From positions 1-64,000 of the IMG/VR virus record IMGVR_UViG_3300025108_000001: a stretch of 64,000 bases of DNA, one strand, 5' to 3'. The stretch is from a virus. The notes beneath the pieces are model-generated. The model searched no databases. It saw nothing but the letters and a program-made list of their open reading frames with translations, and had not been told where the DNA came from. Made by a program: the position numbers and the translations under genes. Below are positions 57,208 to 64,000 of the stretch, piece after piece; position 1 is the first letter of the stretch, and each line of letters begins with the position of its first letter.

Positions 57208-57429
57208 TTACATTTGATTTAGTGCATCAAGGTAGGTCTTGAGTACATTGAGTGCTTTACCTGTTTCTTCTACTACTTGAGAAGGTGAATCACCTCTAAT
57301 TTTAAGAGACTTAACAATGTAGACGTGATTTGAACCCGACTTAGATTGGGAAATCTCAATCTCATAGGGGTAACTCAAGTTTAGTATCTGTTCGGGTTGC
57401 GTTGTTTGAACTAACGGTTCTGTTGACAT
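57208..57429 (-). CDS. Leaderless 73-aa protein
   Basis: ATG follows TAGT, 27 nt from the start of a CATATA box and 43 nt from the start of CTTTG. Confidence 0.7.
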   Translation of the reverse strand: MSTEPLVQTTQPEQILNLSYPYEIEISQSKSGSNHVYIVKSLKIRGDSPSQVVEETGKALNVLKTYLDALNQM

Positions 57430-57573
57430 ACTACCTAGAACAAAAAAGAGTATATGGGATAGAACGACAAAGTGTATCCTACCATATGGTTGTAAGTGTG
57501 CTTTGCTAACGAAACCCTATCCTGTTTTGACTTTACCAATAGTGTAAGAGGGTGAAACCCAATATATACAGGA

Positions 57574-58059
57574 ATGATAAATATGACAGAACAACAAACA
57601 ATAGAAGAAAAAATTGATTTAATAACGACATGGATTGATGAAACTGATAGTTTCAACGATGATAATAATATGAGTAATTGGGCAACTTCTTCATGGGCTT
57701 ACGCTCTTGAAGAATATGCGGATACTGGCATAAAATCAGTAATCACAACGACAATTTCTCAATTTTCTAGGGCTGCTAAAAGATTTAAACTTAGTGATTA
57801 TCCTCTAGGCACTAGAGGTTCAAACTCTGTTTCTGCTGAAACTCAAGCGGAAATTGACGCACACAACCCATTCTTAGATTTTATGATGGAAGCATACGAG
57901 GCTCTGCCTGAAGTTAGCCACATTCACGCTAAAAAATCAAAGGCACGACCTGACAGACGCTACCTATCAGCGAAAGATTTTAGAAATCATTGGCTAGGTA
58001 TAATCACAGACAACGCAAAGGAGGCCGCTAAAACGGCTGATGTGGAGGCTACTCAATAA
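57574..58059 (+). CDS. Hypothetical protein flanked by long inverted repeats
   Basis: 161 aa (start may be 57583); UTRs carry perfect 15-bp plus 7-bp inverted repeats. Confidence 0.75.
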   Translation: MINMTEQQTIEEKIDLITTWIDETDSFNDDNNMSNWATSSWAYALEEYADTGIKSVITTTISQFSRAAKRFKLSDYPLGTRGSNSVSAETQAEIDAHNPFLDFMMEAYEALPEVSHIHAKKSKARPDRRYLSAKDFRNHWLGIITDNAKEAAKTADVEATQ

Positions 58060-58339
58060 TTGGGTAGCCTTCACCCTCTTACACCTCAGGGTTTACATTA
58101 ACAAAGCAACATTCCAAACCATATGGTTGTAGGTCTTAGATACACAAGGATAGTAAATGGAATTTATGTACTTTATGGTGGGTCGGTCGGCTTATATATG
58201 GTTTCGTGAATCCAGTGGTGTAAATCAAGAGATGACATCATTTGCCTGAGTGTAATCTATATTTCATATAAAGATAGTATCCTTGTGGAAAATACCTTTC
58301 ACTACCTACTACAACACTCATTTTGATGACTCATACTCT

Positions 58340-58700
<361 letters not shown>

Positions 58701-58739
58701 ATTACATCACACTCACACATAAGGATTGTCTCGTAAATC

Positions 58740-59460
58740 TAGGACTTGAAACTACTGAAACAGGTATAGCAATATTCCCTCAGTAGCAGAAGGTGTTAGT
58801 TGACCTTGTGGGAACTAGGGGTTTTTTACAGTAATAAGAACCGAGTAAATAATTTGTTATCCTTAGCGGGATTGCAAGTTAAACCACTCAGAAGAAGATG
58901 CAGAAGTTTGCATTAGAAGAACCAAACCAAACAGTTGAGATTCAAACAACTGAATTACAAGTAGCGAAAAATGACCTTCATCAGAACGGTAGTGAAGTAG
59001 CAAACGTCTTTCAAGTGCGAATTAATTCTTAGTAGGGTTGGGAAATCTAAAAAATGCTTTCTTTGGAAAAGGTATTTCCGAAGAACTAAGCGCAATAATG
59101 ATGAAAGCAATTTTAGTCATGGTCTTTCGAGGCTATGCATTTGTAAGTAATATTAGTAGTCGGCATAAGCAGTGAAACATCATTGGTAACATTTGACAAT
59201 TGTTATCATACCACCTTCGTGTAAAGCGGCATAGTACGTTTTTTCTTTCCCCTTTCAAATTCAAAAATATCCTGTATGGGTTTTACCCTTACAAATGGAC
59301 TTGTCTTTACTGTCATAGAGGCAAGTCCTACAACTCAAAATATCTTGATAATTGATACTGTCATCTGATATAACTGAGTTAGGTTTTAGATAATAATAAA
59401 TTGGATAAATTCGTTTCGTTCTGTAACGTGTTGGCATCTCCTATCTAGTCGTGTGGTGCG
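58740..59460 (+). ncRNA. Candidate large structured non-coding RNA
   Basis: About 700 nt with no ORF of 60 aa or more, dense in hairpins (CTACTGA/TCAGTAG, CAGTTG/CAACTG, CTTAGT/ACTAAG, AAATGCTTT/AAGGTATTT, GGACTTGTCT/AGGCAAGTCC). Confidence 0.45.
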
Positions 59461-59521
59461 ACCCAATTTTCCTAACTATCCCATTCCCAAATATAACAAT
59501 AAAAATAAAGAGGAAATAAAA

Positions 59522-60961
59522 ATGAAAATAAAAGGAACAAATGAACAAGAAGAAATATGGAAAGAAATGACTTACGGTGATTCTCACATGATGGTCTATG
59601 CAGGTGCAGGTACAGGTAAAACCTTTACAATTGTAAATGGTGCTGAACACGTTGTCGGTAGAAAATGCTTTTTAGCATTTAACAAAGCAATCGCAACGGA
59701 ATTAGCAAACCAACTACCTGATGATTGTGAAGCAAAAACGTTTCACAGTCTAGGACTTGCAGCGATTAAATCAGAGAGAAGAAATTGTAAAATTGATAAC
59801 AAGAAAACCTACAAGATTGTGGAAAACTTACTTGGTAAGAAATTCAAGTCAAAGTCTCAACTAGTTAAATTAGTTAGTCTCATTAAATCATCAATGGTAG
59901 AGTGGGATGACCGAGAATCAATTATCTCAATCATGCAAGAATATAACATCGAATTTGACGGTGTATTAGAAATGAATAATGCTTTGAAATACTTACCTAC
60001 AATTAAAAATAATTGTATGGATTTATCAGTAGTTGACTTCGATGATATGATTTGGCTACCTGTTGAATTAGATATGAATGTTAAACATTATGATGTAGTC
60101 TTTGTTGATGAAGCACAAGATTTCAATGAAGTTCAAAGACAATTAATTTTGAAGACTTGTAATGGTGGACGAATGATTGTAGTTGGAGACCCAAAGCAAG
60201 CAATCTATGGTTTCCGTGGTGCTGATTCAGCATCAATGAAATTATTTCAAGATACATTATCCGAATCTCCTAGAGGTGTAAAAGAGTTCACTCTTAGCAT
60301 TACGTGGAGATGTCCTAAGACAGTAGTTGCAGAAGCGAATCGTTTCTTTAGTGATTATACTTGTAGGGAAGATGCAGAAGATGGCGAAGTAAATGTTAAC
60401 GTAGCCTTTAACCCTAAAGTTGGAGACATGGTTCTTTGCAGAACAAACGCTCCATTAATCCAAAACTGCTTTCAATTAATTTCAGAAGGAATACCTGCCT
60501 TTGTATTAGGTAGAGACATTGGTTACAGTTTACAATTATTAGTTGGTAAGGTAACTAAGAATAACGATATGTTAGTATCTGATTTCTTACCATTACTTAA
60601 CAAACATATTGAATATCAAATGGATGTATTCAGAAAAGCAGACAAAGAAAGATTAGTTCAATCACTTGATGACAAGAGACAGTGCATTACTTATCTTACT
60701 AGAAATGCAAATACTGTTCAAGGTATTCTCGACAACATCAAAGCAATCTTTGGTGATGGAAAGAAACGTGGCGTTATCTTTGCTACTATTCACAAAGCAA
60801 AGGGATTAGAAAAAGATAACATTTGGATTCTAGAGCCTCAACTTATGCCTCATCCTATGGCTAAGTCTGATGCAGATAAACAACAAGAAAAAAATCTATG
60901 TTATGTGGCAATCACAAGGGCAAAGAAAACTTTGAATTATGTAGGTGAAAGAATTGGTTAA
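59522..60961 (+). CDS. Superfamily 1 (UvrD/Rep-like) helicase
   Basis: AGAGTGKT, VDEAQD, VGDPKQAIYGFRGA, TWRC, TIHKAKGLE and YVAITRAK; probable start MKIKGT at 59522. Confidence 0.92.
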   Translation: MKIKGTNEQEEIWKEMTYGDSHMMVYAGAGTGKTFTIVNGAEHVVGRKCFLAFNKAIATELANQLPDDCEAKTFHSLGLAAIKSERRNCKIDNKKTYKIVENLLGKKFKSKSQLVKLVSLIKSSMVEWDDRESIISIMQEYNIEFDGVLEMNNALKYLPTIKNNCMDLSVVDFDDMIWLPVELDMNVKHYDVVFVDEAQDFNEVQRQLILKTCNGGRMIVVGDPKQAIYGFRGADSASMKLFQDTLSESPRGVKEFTLSITWRCPKTVVAEANRFFSDYTCREDAEDGEVNVNVAFNPKVGDMVLCRTNAPLIQNCFQLISEGIPAFVLGRDIGYSLQLLVGKVTKNNDMLVSDFLPLLNKHIEYQMDVFRKADKERLVQSLDDKRQCITYLTRNANTVQGILDNIKAIFGDGKKRGVIFATIHKAKGLEKDNIWILEPQLMPHPMAKSDADKQQEKNLCYVAITRAKKTLNYVGERIG

Positions 60962-61124
60962 GTGCGAAGAATGTAATGATACAGGTTTGGTTGCAATACA
61001 ACTCCCCGAAGGAGGTGTTGTAGCCGAACCTTGCTTACCTTGTAATATGGAAGATTATGTTGAATATATTGATTCACTAGATTTCTTTGATAAACATGGT
61101 ATTGACGAAGAGGAGGTTGAGTAA
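60954..61124 (+). CDS. 56-aa Zn-finger microprotein (not in ORF track)
   Basis: TTG start after AGGTGA; CEECNDTG...CLPC and an acidic tail. Confidence 0.6.
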   Translation: MVKCEECNDTGLVAIQLPEGGVVAEPCLPCNMEDYVEYIDSLDFFDKHGIDEEEVE

Positions 61125-61181
61125 GTTGAGTATAGTCTTAACTTACTCTTCCCTGCTTTTTTTTGGGTTGGAGGAATTTGA

Positions 61182-61751
61182 ATGAATATATTTATTTTAT
61201 CAGAAGATGCAGAAGAATGTACTAAGATGATGTGTGATAAACACGTTGTTAAAATGCCAACTGAAAGTTTACAAATGTTATCAACAATAGCAGACCATTT
61301 GGGATATGAAAATGTTCCATTCAAACCTGTAATGTTAAATCATCCCTGCACTATTTGGGCTAGGGAAAGTCAACAAAACTTCTCTTTCCTACTAACACAT
61401 ACCGCAGCATTATGTGCTGAATATACTGTTAGATATGGAAAGAAACATAAAGTTCAAACATTGTTATTACAACATAATGACCTATGGACTAATGTTATTG
61501 ATGACTTACCCGACATTGGGTTGACTCCTTTCGCAGTAGCAATATCAGAAGATATGAATTGTAGGGGAATAAAAAATTTCAATGATTTGTCGGCAGTAGA
61601 AAAATATCGCCATTACTATTTAGAAGATAAATGGTATATGGCTAAATGGAAAACCTCCCCTCCGACATGGTGGCCTAAACAACACGCAGAAAACAAACGT
61701 AAAAAATTAAAACTTTTGTATTCTGATACTGTTCAAAGATTGAGGAATTAA
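61182..61751 (+). CDS. Pyrimidine-dimer DNA glycosylase/endonuclease V (DenV)-like family protein
   Basis: MNIFIL...CDKHVVKM..E..QMLST...NHPCTIWARES...H...LCAEYT.RYGK.H signature. Confidence 0.75.
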   Translation: MNIFILSEDAEECTKMMCDKHVVKMPTESLQMLSTIADHLGYENVPFKPVMLNHPCTIWARESQQNFSFLLTHTAALCAEYTVRYGKKHKVQTLLLQHNDLWTNVIDDLPDIGLTPFAVAISEDMNCRGIKNFNDLSAVEKYRHYYLEDKWYMAKWKTSPPTWWPKQHAENKRKKLKLLYSDTVQRLRN

Positions 61752-61752
61752 A

Positions 61753-62040
61753 ATGAGATTTAAAAATGTAAAACACGCAGAATATGAAATAATAAGAGCA
61801 ATATTACACAACCCTAACAATGAAAACTTTATTGTTTCCATTGAAAAGGTTAGGGAAAAAGGAGTACCAAAAGGAGATAATGTAGCAGATAAACGCTTTA
61901 CTAAAGCAGCCGCTAATATTATCTCTATATTGAGAAACCTTCAGGGTAGTAGGTTATCATCACTGCCCGAAGGTCATATGGACTATGGTCTCACAATTAA
62001 AGAAATGATAAAAGAAAATGTAAGGAGGAATAAGAAATGA
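61753..62040 (+). CDS. Hypothetical protein
   Basis: Coupled ORF with GAGG SD. Confidence 0.65.
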   Translation: MRFKNVKHAEYEIIRAILHNPNNENFIVSIEKVREKGVPKGDNVADKRFTKAAANIISILRNLQGSRLSSLPEGHMDYGLTIKEMIKENVRRNKK

Positions 62041-62225
62041 ATATAATAAATGAAATAAATAACGGAAATCAAATACTAATATTACGAGACCCGATACCTA
62101 AAGGTAAATTGGGCATATCGTTTATCTTCGATGACGATAAGAGGTTCAACGGAACATTAGATATGTCAAAACATAGAGAATTAATTCTCGCTATTGCAGA
62201 AGCAATTCAGGATGAAGAGGAATAA
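62037..62225 (+). CDS. Hypothetical protein
   Basis: ATGA overlap, GGAGG SD. Confidence 0.6.
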   Translation: MNIINEINNGNQILILRDPIPKGKLGISFIFDDDKRFNGTLDMSKHRELILAIAEAIQDEEE

Positions 62226-62227
62226 AA

Positions 62228-62344
62228 ATGAGTATAATAGTTGAAAAATGCATTACTTGTGGAAAAATTAGAAAAATTTGGAGTAATGAAAACGGCTTCC
62301 AGTGTAAGAAATGTTTTGACCCTAAGCCTACTCGGAGTGATTGA
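62228..62344 (+). CDS. 38-aa Zn-finger microprotein (not in ORF track)
   Basis: MSIIVEKCITCGKIRKIWSNENGFQCKKCFDPKPTRSD; starts just after the previous stop. Confidence 0.55.
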   Translation: MSIIVEKCITCGKIRKIWSNENGFQCKKCFDPKPTRSD

Positions 62345-62345
62345 G

Positions 62346-62642
62346 TTGTCAATTATGGTTGAAGATTTTAGTAGAAAACATTACGCTAGATTTACTAACG
62401 GTGTTGTCTGTATAGATGATGTTCAAGCATTTACTTGGAGTAAACTAAAACCTAGTGATGATTTAACTAAGTTTATTTATCCGGCCACTAAATCAGGTGA
62501 TGTCTATAAAATAGTTATCTTCCTAAAAGGAGGACAGAATTTTATAACAGCAACAAGCCCTAAGAATCTAAAAAAGGTCATAAATAGATTCAAAGAACAA
62601 AAAACCCTTCTTGGAGAAGATGAACTATGGGAAGAGGAATGA
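62346..62642 (+). CDS. Hypothetical protein
   Basis: Probable start TTG 62346 or ATG 62355 after GGAGTGA, rather than 62241. Confidence 0.6.
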   Translation: MSIMVEDFSRKHYARFTNGVVCIDDVQAFTWSKLKPSDDLTKFIYPATKSGDVYKIVIFLKGGQNFITATSPKNLKKVINRFKEQKTLLGEDELWEEE

Positions 62643-62836
62643 CCGAAGAATTAATAGAAAATCTAGAAGCAATGAAACACCACTACAATAAATTAGTGGA
62701 GGCTTATGAAAAACTCCCTCATCTATCCATGATGAGAAGAGTAATTCTAGATGATGCACTTACAGTAATAGGTGCAACAATGGATGGTGTAGTTAATGAA
62801 TTAAGAGACTACACTGATATGTATAAGGAAGAATAA
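62627..62836 (+). CDS. Hypothetical protein
   Basis: Coupled small ORF (start may be 62639). Confidence 0.6.
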   Translation: MGRGMTEELIENLEAMKHHYNKLVEAYEKLPHLSMMRRVILDDALTVIGATMDGVVNELRDYTDMYKEE

Positions 62837-62838
62837 AA

Positions 62839-63069
62839 ATGGAAAATATAGAAATGAAAAAATGGAGAGAAAATCAAAACTACAAGATAGGCCACATAGG
62901 TTGGTCTGTTTTAGGTGGTAAATGGTATCAAGTAGAAGTTATTGGTAAAGAATATTATCCCATTACGGGAAATTTTCGAAGACACGTTGTAAAAATATTA
63001 AATATGGATTATACATTTAAGAGAATAACGATTTACACAAGAAAAGAAAAGGAGATGAATGAAATATGA
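62839..63069 (+). CDS. Hypothetical protein
   Basis: Coupled small ORF. Confidence 0.6.
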   Translation: MENIEMKKWRENQNYKIGHIGWSVLGGKWYQVEVIGKEYYPITGNFRRHVVKILNMDYTFKRITIYTRKEKEMNEI

Positions 63070-63329
63070 ATATAGAAGAAAGAATAAGAAGAAATGATGA
63101 ATTAAGAACAAAAGCCCCAATACCTGATGGTGTTGAAGATTTAAGAGGAATTACATTTAGAAATAAATATAACTCCGCTTTAATTACTATTATATCAAGT
63201 AAAATTACTGATTTAGGTAATATTTTTTGGAGAGCAGATGTGGGTGGTATCTATGATACTAAGGAACTAAATAATCACTGGAATAGATTAACAGATATAG
63301 GAATGAAAATGTTAGAGCAAGAGGAATAA
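63066..63329 (+). CDS. Hypothetical protein
   Basis: ATGA overlap. Confidence 0.6.
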   Translation: MNIEERIRRNDELRTKAPIPDGVEDLRGITFRNKYNSALITIISSKITDLGNIFWRADVGGIYDTKELNNHWNRLTDIGMKMLEQEE

Positions 63330-63331
63330 AT

Positions 63332-63562
63332 ATGGAAAGAAATGTAGAATTTAGAATGGTAAATGATAATGAGATGCCTCCGTTAGTTATAACGATGAAT
63401 GATGATGATGAAGTTAAGGTTTTATTAAACCAAAATCATTTAATTTGGTTATCCTTAAATCGTAAAACAATTGGTGGTTTACCCGAAGCATTGTATAAGA
63501 ATATAGATATGTTACTAGATGGTTTCCTTAGAGAACAACGTCAAAACGAGAGGATGGAATAA
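63332..63562 (+). CDS. Hypothetical protein
   Basis: GAGG SD; coupled to neighbours. Confidence 0.65.
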   Translation: MERNVEFRMVNDNEMPPLVITMNDDDEVKVLLNQNHLIWLSLNRKTIGGLPEALYKNIDMLLDGFLREQRQNERME

Positions 63563-64000
63563 TGGCTACTTATAGTAGATTAACAGATAAATTATTGTCA
63601 TTATCTAATTCTGATGATTATGAAGAAGCCAAAAAAGAATGGAGAATTACAGGAAATGTTTGGAGACAATCTCCTAATGAAACAACAAGAAACCATGTTT
63701 CAGGACACCCCAATTCTTGTCTTTGTGGGCATGATATCGTCTATCACTTTGAAATTGAAAATACTGAAAATGGAACTAAAGAAATTGTTGGTTCAACTTG
63801 TATTGGTAATTGGATGGTTCTTCGACATATGGAAGAGAAACTAAAAATAGACAGGAGAACTATTACAGATAAAATGATTGAAGATTGGAAAGCAAGTGCA
63901 GTGCAATCTTTAATCAAAGATGCTTGGTGGGAAGAAAATGGTGAATGGTTTACTAATACATTTGATGAAATTAAAGAATTAGATTTGAGAATCAATGTCA
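63562..64000 (+). CDS. Zn-binding hypothetical protein (runs off the right edge; not in ORF track)
   Basis: MATYSRLTDKLLSLS...CLCGHDI...IENTENG...VGSTCI; TAATG overlap with the previous stop; open to the end of the window. Confidence 0.7.
   Translation, partial: MATYSRLTDKLLSLSNSDDYEEAKKEWRITGNVWRQSPNETTRNHVSGHPNSCLCGHDIVYHFEIENTENGTKEIVGSTCIGNWMVLRHMEEKLKIDRRTITDKMIEDWKASAVQSLIKDAWWEENGEWFTNTFDEIKELDLRINV

Larger units (their letters stand above)
55701..58127. repeat. Array of palindromic ACCATATGGT sites with CAAAG/CTTTG flanks
   Basis: Perfect copies at 55731, 56618, 56730, 56924, 57481 and 58118, plus a one-mismatch copy at 55701. I noticed none elsewhere in the window. Confidence 0.9.

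Noticed and set aside
57435-57656. Minus-strand 73-aa ORF, plus 59441-59650, 61055-61324, 63614-63844 and 63744-63995
   Set aside because: They overlap regulatory repeats or better-supported genes in another frame or strand.
55701-58127. ACCATATGGT repeats as a CRISPR or mini-CRISPR array
   Set aside because: The core is only 10 bp, intervals range from 20 to about 880 nt and contain genes, and no cas genes are present.

Overview
This 64 kb AT-rich window is part of a large tailed (HK97-fold) virus of archaea. The GGAGGTGA/GGTGA Shine-Dalgarno sites, apparently leaderless genes, many Zn-finger microproteins and gene content best fit a magrovirus-like virus of marine group II Euryarchaeota/Poseidoniales; this host assignment is inference. 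Positions 1-55.6 kb form one minus-strand morphogenesis region. In transcription order it holds small basic and accessory genes, a putative TerS, TerL, a LAGLIDADG/HTH protein, portal, an ATP-dependent DNA ligase, prohead protease-scaffold, major capsid protein, an Arf-like GTPase plus membrane-protein cluster, adaptor, terminator, tail tube, a tail chaperone with a -1 frameshift, tape measure, tail-tip proteins and a >2,500-aa modular tail fibre running off the left edge (missing from the ORF track). Positions 55.7-59.5 kb are a mostly non-coding switch region. Positions 59.5-64 kb are plus-strand genes (SF1 helicase, DenV-like glycosylase, small ORFs). Most notable: (1) about 20 unrelated head-region proteins carry the same N-terminal peptide M-S-W-x-x-[ILV]-[LIV]-K, which matches apparent Lys-specific prohead-protease sites and is a candidate capsid-targeting tag for a set of packaged effectors; (2) an array of ACCATATGGT/CTTTG/AACCC palindromic sites punctuates small cassettes carrying acidic micropeptides, end-paired mRNAs and structured RNAs; (3) a five-gene Arf-like GTPase/membrane module. 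All assignments come from reading motifs by eye; no database search or folding program was run.
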